Assembly (NCBI GenBank): GCA_937625935.1
Contig: OW569349.1
Coordinates: forward strand, 248,001-312,000
Reading direction: 5' to 3'
From: Tetramitus jugosus
Taxonomy: Eukaryota; Protista; Heterolobosea
DNA: 64,000 bases
The position numbers were made by a program, and so were the translations under genes. Below are positions 32,995-42,892 of the stretch, piece by piece. The notes under the pieces are model-generated. The model searched no databases and had not been told where the DNA came from. It worked only from the letters and a program-made list of their open reading frames with translations. Positions within the stretch are counted from its first letter, which is position 1; every line of letters starts with the position of its first letter.

Positions 32995-33194
32995 GGTTTG
33001 ACTGGCAAAGGAAGCTTCGTTAAACTCGGAAGAAACCGAGAGTTCTAAACGTCATCCAAAGTTCTCAGGCTTTAAAAAAACCAATGTTCGTTCTTTTTCC
33101 CAAGTTCCAGACGTGACAGGCACTACAGATTTTCTGGAGCAGAAAGCAGCAGAAAAAAATCAAGGTTTCATCCAAGAGATTCTCCCTCAATTCT

Positions 33195-34327
33195 TTATTC
33201 ATCAACTTCTGTTTTGCTAGTCATTTCTTCGATCTGGTCGTCAATGTCATTTACCTTTTGTACATACATCACTCTGAGTTGTCTCAAGTATTCAAGATTT
33301 TTCTTCCTAAGGCTCTGCTTTTCTGTTTTGAGTCTTTTCACTTGAAGATCTTGTTCTGGTGCTGAGAGTTTAGCTATTTTTCCTGGATTGACTTCCTCTT
33401 CTTCGTCGAGGGTACCGTCCCTAGGTCTCTTAGTATTCGTTTCATTGACATCTTGGATGACTTGCGGTGTCTCTTCAACTTGTTCTCGAGCCGGTTGTTG
33501 TGCTGGTTCTTCACTGTTTGTACTCATCTCGGTCTCAATACTCATTGGTACATCCTCAATAGCTTCACTTTCTTGATTCTGTTCGGTTGTAACAGTTTGC
33601 TCTTCCGATGATTCTGAAACAGTGGTCTCCTTTTCTTCTTCTTCATTACTCTCTGGTTTCCTCTCTTGAGAGGAACTATTATCTTCTTCTCCATCGTCCT
33701 CACTTTCATCATCATCTTCATCTTCACTACTGGATTCTGGGCTAACTTTTCCTTCTTCCTCCTCTTTCTCTTTCTCCTCCTCTTCCTCTTCTTCGTTTTC
33801 ATTTTCGTCCTCCTCGTCGCTCTCTTCATCGGTTTCTGCACTATTCCCTCTGTACTTGATCAAAAGATCGATGATAGTTTCATTATCCTCTTGTCTAGCC
33901 CAATCTTTTGCGGTTTGTCCTAACTATGAAAGGTTGAGTATTCATACAATACCAGCACCACATTGATAACCATACCCTATCTCTGATTTCTGTAGATGCT
34001 CCATTGCTCAACAAAATTCTGACAATCCCTGTTAGACTATTTTGTGCTGCAATTATCAATGGAGTATCATCCTGGTTTTACAAATGAAATTCGTGAGAAA
34101 TATCAGGGAAGAACAACAAGAATTTTCAGGAGTACATACTCTCTAAAGGAAGCACCAGAAGGGTGAGAAGAAATTACAACTACAATTATCAAATCAAATC
34201 GACTACTTGCCCTATCTCTTGAATTTATGAACTTCTTCAACTTTCCCTCATCTTCAGCTATTTCCAATAATGCTCGAACTCTCGAAGCTCTACCGTCTGC
34301 ACAAGCCCTATGTAACGCATTCTTCAT
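33195..34327 (-). CDS. Ankyrin-repeat protein with a long acidic tail; exons 34327-34211, 34142-34140 (microexon), 34071-33976, 33923-33195
   Basis: ALHRACADG, TPLIIAAQNSLTGIVRILLSNGA, GQTAKDWA ankyrin repeats assembled across introns of 68, 68 and 52 nt. Confidence 0.8.
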
Positions 34328-34824
34328 TCATTGAAATTTGAAATTGTTATCAATTGGTATCAGATCTCAAAGAAATAGAATATCGGTCACTTACCCACCC
34401 ATCCTGTTTTTGTTAGTGTAAGCGATGCGGTCATACAAGAGATCGATCGATAATAAACTTACATCTTCGTCTAGATCATAAATACCTGTCATCCTCTGTT
34501 GGCTTGATTTGTTTTCTCCAAAGGTTGGGCTGAGTTCAAAATTCAATTCTACTGCACGGTTACACGTGGCAGGATCTCATTGATTTGCAGGAATGTGCTG
34601 CGTTCGGAGTATTTATTTCCTCTTGTAATCATTGAATTCGAAGTTTCCTTCAAGATGACTTGTTTTTAGTTCATAATCACAACTAAGCAACAAACATGTT
34701 TCTATTCAAACAATACTGACACAAGCTGTAACAACAATACTGTCGATGTGATGGGACGGTGTCGTGTTCAACATGCACATTGGATCACACAAAATCTCTT
34801 AGATTTATTGGTTGGAACAGTGCA

Positions 34825-35181
34825 TTAATGATGGAAAATTGGATGATCGACTTGAAGTGGTGAGATATAGGCAACTTCTGGAATTTTACAGTCGAAGTGA
34901 TAGCAAAAAACAGATGTAAACACTGCAGTGGGCGATTCGGTGTTCTCTTTCTTCATCAGCTCTCCTTCGTCCAATACATCGAGTTCGGATGTATTTTCTG
35001 TTGTTGCTCTCTTTGTTGAGCATATCCCTGTCTGGATGGACAGATTGGTGTGGTCTTGTGGTTGCTGGTAGTACACTCTATGGTTGTTCATACTCATTCT
35101 ATTTATGATCTTTCGGAAGAGGATGTGTTGAATTTCTTGCTCTTTTCTCTGGTGGTTGTATTGGTTTATCTTGTCAAGCAT
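34825..35181 (-). CDS. Orphan small protein (118 aa)
   Basis: ORF with TATAAAA (35272-35266) about 85 nt upstream and AATAAA (34809-34804) just after the stop; no recognisable domain. Confidence 0.42.
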   Translation of the reverse strand: MLDKINQYNHQRKEQEIQHILFRKIINRMSMNNHRVYYQQPQDHTNLSIQTGICSTKRATTENTSELDVLDEGELMKKENTESPTAVFTSVFCYHFDCKIPEVAYISPLQVDHPIFHH

Positions 35182-35466
35182 CACTCAAGGGATGAAATTT
35201 ACTTGCGGTTAACTTGTGACTCTGGTTGTTGCTTTGTTGAGTATGGTTGGGATTTTGGTTTTGGTTTTTATATTGGATCAAAGGCAAATAACACGTGACC
35301 TGTTTATAAAGCTCTCAATGATATTGGTCTGAATTTGGAACGCACGACATTGCAGTCACGTGTCGGTTAGAAATTATTGGTTGAGAGAAATTTTGAGATA
35401 CTTCTTTGACGACGGACCCGAAGAACCCGAAACTACTTGACGAAGACACCTCTGGTTATTCTGAAT

Positions 35467-36738
35467 CTAACGCAACAAGGTAGCAAGAAGTTCATCTAAA
35501 ATTCCTTTTCCTTTGTGCGTCACTCTAATTCTCCTGTCACCGTCAGGGAGAGATTCAACTACAATGAAATTGTGCTCCTGCAACTGTGTAACCATGTTGT
35601 TGTTTAGCAATTGCTCAAACGTCGTGATTCGATTCATATGAAACGACAATTCACTTTCTACGACTCCATCCCGCAAAAGTCTTAGGCCCATCATGAAAAT
35701 CTCCTCTGCTCGCTGCTTTTCGTCCGTTAGCTCACTCTTCACATTCCCGAGTAAGCTCCACAGCCTTGTTCCTTCAATCTTGGTGGACGGACATTGCATT
35801 GGAGAGAATATTTCACTCATCCAGTCCTCTGGTTTCATCAATTGAACCATTGATACTCTCTTGTTGTCAGAGTCTGTGATTCTAGAGTGAGCACCAGGTC
35901 CAATGCCTAGATAATCGCCACTCTTCCAATATTGAACATTGTGTTTCGCTTCGTACCCTCGTTTCGCAAAGTTACTAATTTCATATTGTTCTAAACCATG
36001 ACTCGAGCATTTGTCAATCGCTGCTTGATACAACCGCTCACTGCACTCTTCATCAGGCAACACTAGCTCTTCCTTTTTCATTCTCTTATAAAACTGTGTG
36101 TACTTTTCAATAGTCAACTGATAGAGTGAAATGTGACTGAGTCCTAGCTCCATTGCTTCATCCAGCACTCTATTCCAAACTCCTTCGTTCTTTGCATGCT
36201 TTTCCGTTCCAAACATCAAATCAATCGAGACACGATCTTGAAACAAGTCCTGTGCGACTTGAATCGCCTTCTTTGCCTCCGTAGTGGAGTGTTGTCGCCC
36301 CAGGAACAACAAATCTTCTGAATCAAAGCTCTGCACACCAATACTCAACCGATTGATGCCTGCTTGCTTAAATTGTTCGATACGACTCATTTCAATGGAC
36401 GTTGGATTGGCTTCCATTGAAATCTCAATGTGTTCATTCGGAGATGGCATCGATGCATTCAACGAGTGCACCCGTTGGATGATATCATGAAAAACAAGAG
36501 GATCCGCAGTAGATGGAGTCCCTCCACCAAAGAACACACTCTCTACGTGTGTATAAGGATAGAGAGCTTCTTTGTTTGCTTGGAAAAAGTGTTCAAACGT
36601 TTTGTTGTAACACTTTTGCATGGATGCATGATCAATGTGATCTCTCTTGTATCGATTGAAGTCGCAGTAGGGACATATCGATTTACAGTAAGGCCAATGC
36701 ACGTAAATGCTCAACCCCGATGCTTTGCGTTTCAACAT
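35467..36738 (-). CDS. RSAD1: Radical SAM heme chaperone HemW/RSAD1 (HemN-like)
   Basis: IYVHWPYCKSICPYCDFN (CxxxCxxC), FFGGGTPS, EANP, NRLSIGVQSF, YEISNFA, HNVQYW (HNxxYW signature of HemW). Confidence 0.92.
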   Translation of the reverse strand: MLKRKASGLSIYVHWPYCKSICPYCDFNRYKRDHIDHASMQKCYNKTFEHFFQANKEALYPYTHVESVFFGGGTPSTADPLVFHDIIQRVHSLNASMPSPNEHIEISMEANPTSIEMSRIEQFKQAGINRLSIGVQSFDSEDLLFLGRQHSTTEAKKAIQVAQDLFQDRVSIDLMFGTEKHAKNEGVWNRVLDEAMELGLSHISLYQLTIEKYTQFYKRMKKEELVLPDEECSERLYQAAIDKCSSHGLEQYEISNFAKRGYEAKHNVQYWKSGDYLGIGPGAHSRITDSDNKRVSMVQLMKPEDWMSEIFSPMQCPSTKIEGTRLWSLLGNVKSELTDEKQRAEEIFMMGLRLLRDGVVESELSFHMNRITTFEQLLNNNMVTQLQEHNFIVVESLPDGDRRIRVTHKGKGILDELLATLLR

Positions 36739-37190
36739 TTTCCACAACGAATTTTTCTCCCGCTCAATAAAACACCGAAGAAAGGCGCGAACCCGTTGCA
36801 GGAGAACAATTTACAGCCATACGATCGGTGATTTTTCCTTGCCCGTTAGCAATGTCCTCCTTTTAGTTCTGGTTCAGTCATTTTGTCATTTTCGTTACTC
36901 TTCCAAGCTATTCCTTGTCCCCCTAACGATTGGTCGGAATTCTCGCTAATTGAGTTTGTCCCAAAGGCTTGAAATGAATACCGCTCGTCTTGGCCATTTT
37001 TTGATGAGCCACGATGCTAGAATCGAGAACTCCCTAAGACTCTAGATCAGGCTGGTCCAATACTGCTTTGTTTCATCTCACCTAGGAAGAGAGACAAACT
37101 AAAAAGTAAAACTCACAAGAAGAATCACCCGAAACTGACTCTCTAGTTGTCACAAAACAACAACCAAACTCTGAACTATTGAATCGAGAG

Positions 37191-38279
37191 ATGATCAACA
37201 TTACTACAGACCTCAAGTCTTCAGCCAACAATCAATTATTCCTTGGAACAAAGAATTGTAGGTTAAGTGAAGCATGGAACAAGCTAAAGTCGATCCATCG
37301 GGTGTTGAGTCCTGATGGTCATCACTTATCTCCCTACCATCAGAATCATAATTTCTTCTCAAACATGAACCCATCTCCAATATCGCCAATTCGTTCCCCT
37401 CTACCAACAGTACGTCAAATTGAAGAACAGAGAAGACAATTAGGGTTCTATTCTCCTCCCTCCCCAGCCTTCTCCTATCAATCCAAACCCTTTGCTTACC
37501 CAGGTGCCCAAGCCCAACCACTAAGACACCCACTCTCTTCCAACGCCCACTTCTCCAACTCAAGGTTCAACCCTCTGATTGAACCACATAAACAATTCAA
37601 CAAGAGACCCCAAGGTACTTCTCCACCAGTGCTCCAGTCTCAGAGGCCTTCTGCTTCAATGCCACCAAAGTCTTTCTTCAAAGCATCTTCTCATGGCTAT
37701 ACTTTGAATCAAAACTCTCACTCAATGATCTCAAGTGGAAGTGGTAGTCCACCCACAGAACAATCTCGTATTCACCATCAATCTGAAACAAACAATAGGC
37801 CATTCCATAACTATCAACATTCTCGAACAGAAAGCAACAGTAGTGGTACTTCCAGTAGTAGCAGCTATGGTTACTATGAAGAATATGATACAGGCTATTC
37901 GGATTCTCAAACACATAGAAGAATCATTTCTCCCTCACCCCCTAGCTCAGCTACTTCTTCCTCAAGTGGTTTCTCTCCTTCCAAATACAATGAGCTAATG
38001 AAGGAGTTCACAAACCGGGGTAAAATTGGTAAGACTTACAAGAAGCACAAGAGTGATAAAAAGGATAGAAGGTTCAATCATGGAAGATGGACGAGAGAGG
38101 AACATGCTCTGTTCGTCAAGGCTTTCCAAGTTTGTGGCAGGGATTGGTCGAGAATATCTCGGGAGTTCGTGACCACTAGAATGAGAAGCCAGGTTGCTAG
38201 CCATGCTCAGAAGTACCTCATGAAGATGGAATCTGACAAGAATGGATTAGATGATGAAAACATGGACATGTACGATTAA
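37191..38279 (+). CDS. Myb-like SHAQKYF-class transcription factor
   Basis: GRWTREEHALFVKAFQVCGRDWSRISREFVTTRMRSQVASHAQKY at the C-terminus; Ser/Pro-rich N-terminus; start uncertain. Confidence 0.9.
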   Translation: MINITTDLKSSANNQLFLGTKNCRLSEAWNKLKSIHRVLSPDGHHLSPYHQNHNFFSNMNPSPISPIRSPLPTVRQIEEQRRQLGFYSPPSPAFSYQSKPFAYPGAQAQPLRHPLSSNAHFSNSRFNPLIEPHKQFNKRPQGTSPPVLQSQRPSASMPPKSFFKASSHGYTLNQNSHSMISSGSGSPPTEQSRIHHQSETNNRPFHNYQHSRTESNSSGTSSSSSYGYYEEYDTGYSDSQTHRRIISPSPPSSATSSSSGFSPSKYNELMKEFTNRGKIGKTYKKHKSDKKDRRFNHGRWTREEHALFVKAFQVCGRDWSRISREFVTTRMRSQVASHAQKYLMKMESDKNGLDDENMDMYD

Positions 38280-38340
38280 GAAGGATGTCATTATATTTGT
38301 AAATAAAAATTGTAAAATAGTAACAAAACGATATTATGTT

Positions 38341-40410
38341 TTATTGTAAGACGAACACCTCACATTCATTAAGTGTCCAAGAATTGAGTGAGCCAGCTAA
38401 ACTACGCTGAGCCTCATCTGATCTCCATCCTCCTCTAAATGTAGAGTATGAGTTGCCAACATTTGTGTGTCCGTGGCTCATACTTGCGTCAATGTAAATA
38501 TCGTATGGATCAAAATAGGACATGTTACCACCTCCTCCAAATGTTGGACCAAAGCTCTGATGATTGTACACGGCTCTCTGATTATTCTTCACCTTCAACT
38601 TTCGTGGCCCATCATTGTATGGATTTACGAGAGAGAATAAGAAGGTATCAGTTGCAGCTTTCCAACAGGTTGTGCTACTCCATGAAGAGGAATTGTATCC
38701 TCCAAAAATGAAACCGTCTGTTGTTCGAGCTACGGTCACAGATGGACCTCGACTGTCACATAGTTTGTGGAATGTCGATGCAGAGAAACCATCACGGGTT
38801 GCAGAATAAGCGAGTGCCCACTTTTTCTTCTTCTTGTACTTGTTGTTCGGGCCTACCTCACACCACTGAGTCAGTGTTCTCTTGTTTTGTTCTGACAAGA
38901 TCTTGGAGCCATCAAACTCGATTGGTTGGTGGGCTCCTTTCCTAGCTTGACACCTGATAGAAAATTGGGTCTTTGATGAGTTGGGAGAAGCAGTGGTTAC
39001 AGGACTGGAAGCCATAGTGCTGTTGCTTGCAGTTTTTTTTGACTTGTTCACCACACCAGTGGCACAATGGAATCGATACGCCTCCAGCATATACTTGTCA
39101 GGTACGATATCCAATGGCTCAACAACATTTGTCAATTGTTCTGCGGTCATGAGAGGGAAACGAATCAATGAAACATGCTCGCTCACAATCTCTTGAAATC
39201 TTTGCTTATATCGAGTGCTCTGCAAGGCTCTTCCCAGGTTTGAAATAAATGCCTCATAACCACCATTGAATTTCTTAATTTGTACATCAGGCAGTTGATC
39301 ATCATTGACTGCATCTCTTAATTTGATATTGTTCACATGATGATCTGTCTGCTCTCCAATGCAACTGGTTCTTCTGGCCATCTTGGAAAGACTCGTGCGA
39401 TCTCTATTCACTGACGCTTCGAATCTTGTGAAGAGCTTCTTGATCAACTCTTCATTCTCTCTCTTCTCTTTATCTGTTCTATCACTGCGATCATGAGTGA
39501 TCTCATCGTAGAGACACATGACAGAATAGCGGAGTAGTGCAGTGAACACATGAATTTCATCAGAGGCCAAAAACTCACTCTCCAGCACTAGATGTAGGGT
39601 ATGTACATCGAGTTGTGTGAAAGCTTCAGACTCTAGCACATCCTGCGTGTTTCCAGCAATAAAATCAAAGCATGTATCAATGAGCTCCTCACAACAAAAA
39701 CTGTTTGCCAATTGCAAAATATCGAGCGCGCACTCTTCGGAAATTAAATTTTGTAAATGTTCAACGCAATAAGCTTTTAGCTCTTCGCATTGAAAGTAAT
39801 CCGCAGCTCCTAGAACACTCATGGCATCAGTGTTGAGTGATTGTTCAAATTGAACCTTGCCACAGTACAAGTAACGTATCACCTTCAAAAAAACATCCAA
39901 CTCAAAGTTGTCAATCGTTATGATACAGTGCTCTTGATTTGTCATCACAATGCTTCTCTTTTCTTGAGCTACAGTTGCCGTACAATGAATTGAGCTATTG
40001 CTACTACTGCCACTGTTATCCTCTGAGGATCTCTCTTCATTGCCCTTCTTGTCGACTCTCCTGTGATGAACATCATCACTAGAAGCATCACTTGTCGTTC
40101 GATTCCTTCCCTCCAAAAATCCCGTATTCAGAAACATGGCGCGAAAATATCTTGACCGTTGAACGAGGAGAATTTTGTGAGCAAAGACTTGGTGTGCGCC
40201 GACTTTGAAAATCACGTCGGATAACACTGGACTGTTAATGAGTTGTTCCAAATCGTTCGATAATCCCTCCATGCTATTGTACTCTATCGTTTTGCAACTG
40301 TTGTCCGTCTGACTCTGGTGTGCCACATGTTGTTGGTGATCATTCTCTACTGTGGGACTATGTGACAATGATGGAACAATCGTATTGTTGTTGCTGTTGT
40401 CACTACTCAT
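38341..40410 (-). CDS. BTB/POZ-BACK-TLDc domain protein
   Basis: SDVIFKVG..AHKILLVQRSRYFRAMF (BTB), BACK, IRFPLMT, TLDc YSATRDGFSASTFHKLCD..FIFGGY..GPTFGGG. Confidence 0.9.
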   Translation of the reverse strand: MSSDNSNNNTIVPSLSHSPTVENDHQQHVAHQSQTDNSCKTIEYNSMEGLSNDLEQLINSPVLSDVIFKVGAHQVFAHKILLVQRSRYFRAMFLNTGFLEGRNRTTSDASSDDVHHRRVDKKGNEERSSEDNSGSSSNSSIHCTATVAQEKRSIVMTNQEHCIITIDNFELDVFLKVIRYLYCGKVQFEQSLNTDAMSVLGAADYFQCEELKAYCVEHLQNLISEECALDILQLANSFCCEELIDTCFDFIAGNTQDVLESEAFTQLDVHTLHLVLESEFLASDEIHVFTALLRYSVMCLYDEITHDRSDRTDKEKRENEELIKKLFTRFEASVNRDRTSLSKMARRTSCIGEQTDHHVNNIKLRDAVNDDQLPDVQIKKFNGGYEAFISNLGRALQSTRYKQRFQEIVSEHVSLIRFPLMTAEQLTNVVEPLDIVPDKYMLEAYRFHCATGVVNKSKKTASNSTMASSPVTTASPNSSKTQFSIRCQARKGAHQPIEFDGSKILSEQNKRTLTQWCEVGPNNKYKKKKKWALAYSATRDGFSASTFHKLCDSRGPSVTVARTTDGFIFGGYNSSSWSSTTCWKAATDTFLFSLVNPYNDGPRKLKVKNNQRAVYNHQSFGPTFGGGGNMSYFDPYDIYIDASMSHGHTNVGNSYSTFRGGWRSDEAQRSLAGSLNSWTLNECEVFVLQ

Positions 40411-40775
40411 GATGTGAGCCGTCGTTTTGTGTTTTATGTGTAGGTGTTATTTTTGTGATAATCTCAGAACCGATCCAATGGTGTCAATAGTTTCTTGTCA
40501 GAGGGTAATCCGAAGGAAGTTCGGGGTTTGGACCAGAATCGGCGGTGTCAAGTGTCAGCGTGGAAATTAATCAAAATAAAAGATCGACACTCACCGCTCC
40601 TTCACAGAAATGGTGCAGTGGGGTTGCTGTTTGGAATTATTTCAGATCCCTACTATTAAGGATACATCTCCTGTCGGTCCTACCATTCGCTTTGCCCGAG
40701 TTTTCGAATTCTGTGAAAGATAACATGAATGCTGCTGTGGAAAAAGTTGTTGTCCAACAATTTACATGAATCAGA

Positions 40776-42377
40776 TTAAGGAATGTCCACCAAGACGACA
40801 AACCTGTTCTTACCCTTGATTGGATGTGCCTCAAAGCATTGATCAGGAATGAGATCAATCTGCAAATCCAGACCTGATATGTCCCTCTCCGCTAGTTTGA
40901 TGTCTTGAACTACAAACTCTCCGAACATTAAGGAGCTGTAGTATGATGCAACCGATAGCAGTTGGGTGCGAGAACTATTTGGTGGTACATATTCCTTGAT
41001 AACCTTGCTTCTTTCATACTTGGGCGTATCTTGCTCAGTATCCTCTTGTTCTGTGTCTGATTGATTGAAAGACCACGTCCAAAAGTCGAAAAATATTTCT
41101 ACACTGTCTTCCAGGGTATTGTTTGTCAATAAAAGAGGTTTTGTTAGGTATTCCTTGCAACTTGACACTTCCTGATCTTCACCACCTATGCGAAGATGTC
41201 TTCTTGCCCTCTTTTGAGTCTTCATATTCATTGACTCATCCCTAGAATCTCCATCTCGTTCATAAGTGCCGACATGGTTCGGTATTGGTGTTACACTAGC
41301 TTGTTCCTCTTCCACGACCGTTGGTGGTGATAAGGAAGAGCGTTTCCTCTTGTGAGATGTTGGAACGTCTCCACATAGAGTTGGTGAAGAATTATCTTCT
41401 CTCTTGGCAATGTTAGAATTCCTAGGTGGCTTTGACGAACTACAGTTCTTCTTCTTTGGTTGAGCTGGCGCAGTCGAGGTACTATTACCGAACAATGCAG
41501 TCGCTGTGTTATTCGTGTTTGACTGTGCAATACTTGAATGTTTCCTAAATCGATAACACTTTTGATAGCATGGTTCACATACATCACCAGCAGCCACAGC
41601 AATTTGAAAGCAATTCTTGTAATCTTCCAAAAAGCTGCTCGTTGTGTACCACTTTTGACGCTTCGAGGTGTTGGGCGTTCTGCAAATGACACACAATCGA
41701 TTGCTGCTTGGAGTCGTTGGAGTCATGGGTGACAATGGACTTTCCATGTGATTTCCTTGGCGAGTTCCTGGTGCAATAATGGACAATGGCCTTGGAGCTT
41801 GACTGTTCGATGGTGCTGATGAATAGCTCGAGGAACTACTACCACCACCATTTTCCTCACATCTCGTATGGTGATGATGATGAGCGCCACCTCCAGTCAC
41901 TTGTACATCACCACCAGTAGTTGGTGACCTCTGCAGTGGATAAATGTACTGCTGATGTTGTTGGTGTTCTTGACCATTGTAAGCACTAATGGACGTTGTG
42001 GCCGTCGTGTTCTGGAAGCGCGGGCTTTCCGAGTGACCAGTCGTACTGTTGTCCACAACCCTAGGACGACTGTCACTGTAGTGGTGGTCTGCATGGTGAT
42101 GGTGATGACCTATGGCAGTACCACCACCACTACTGCTATTGGCATGTGGATGATGGTAAGACGACATGGCTTGCTGATGGTGCTCAGGTGGAGAATGAGA
42201 ACGGTTGATTATAGTAGGTGGCACCACATGAGAGTCATGGGAGTAATGGTGCGACGGGTGGGAGTGATGATGATGGTGGTGGTGCGAGTGGTGGTGACTG
42301 CTAGTTGCTGTATAGTCAGCATGCTGGTTATGACTGTTGGGAGTCATGCCATGGTGAGCCTTGGGAGAATATGCCAT
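40776..42377 (-). CDS. His-rich protein with FAM60A/SINHCAF-like C4 zinc finger
   Basis: CVICR-x-CF-x-GDVCEPC; poly-His N-terminus; basic NLS-like HKRKR; start taken at MAYSPK. Confidence 0.7.
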   Translation of the reverse strand: MAYSPKAHHGMTPNSHNQHADYTATSSHHHSHHHHHHHSHPSHHYSHDSHVVPPTIINRSHSPPEHHQQAMSSYHHPHANSSSGGGTAIGHHHHHADHHYSDSRPRVVDNSTTGHSESPRFQNTTATTSISAYNGQEHQQHQQYIYPLQRSPTTGGDVQVTGGGAHHHHHTRCEENGGGSSSSSYSSAPSNSQAPRPLSIIAPGTRQGNHMESPLSPMTPTTPSSNRLCVICRTPNTSKRQKWYTTSSFLEDYKNCFQIAVAAGDVCEPCYQKCYRFRKHSSIAQSNTNNTATALFGNSTSTAPAQPKKKNCSSSKPPRNSNIAKREDNSSPTLCGDVPTSHKRKRSSLSPPTVVEEEQASVTPIPNHVGTYERDGDSRDESMNMKTQKRARRHLRIGGEDQEVSSCKEYLTKPLLLTNNTLEDSVEIFFDFWTWSFNQSDTEQEDTEQDTPKYERSKVIKEYVPPNSSRTQLLSVASYYSSLMFGEFVVQDIKLAERDISGLDLQIDLIPDQCFEAHPIKGKNRFVVLVDIP

Positions 42378-42892
42378 TATGTGAGTGTTGGTTGGTTGGT
42401 TGGTTGGTCGTTCAGGATAGTCGTGTGCAAGGAACTTCTTCTTCTTCTGCTTTTGTCTAGATGATGTCAGTATGTACATGAGTATTATGATAGAGTGAGT
42501 GCAAAATGCACTAGACAAAGAGATATATATTTTAAGAAAGTTCAGTTGTCTCTTACCTTTGTGTGATAACTTATGGTATGCTTGATAACCAAAATTCGTT
42601 GTTGTTGATGTTGTACAGAATAGAGAAATGCTGTTGGTTCACAATAAGAAGTTTGCCTTTCTTTTTCCAACAGAACAGAAGTGAAGCGTGCGGTGTGGTC
42701 GTAGGGTGGGGGTGCGAACTGAACTTGCGTTTAGCCATGCACGAAGAGAGGGCTACGTCTCTGTGGAGAAAAGTCATCTTTCGCAGCCCCCGATGACGTT
42801 TGATTGAACTATTTTGACAACTAATCACATAATAGGACAAGACGAACAAGGGACCACACTGACATATGACTTTTGTAAATAAAAAGGAAATT

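Noticed and set aside
34423-34440. GATGCGGTCATAC resembling a 5S rRNA 5' end
   Set aside because: No continuation of 5S motifs and no complementary 3' end about 120 nt downstream.
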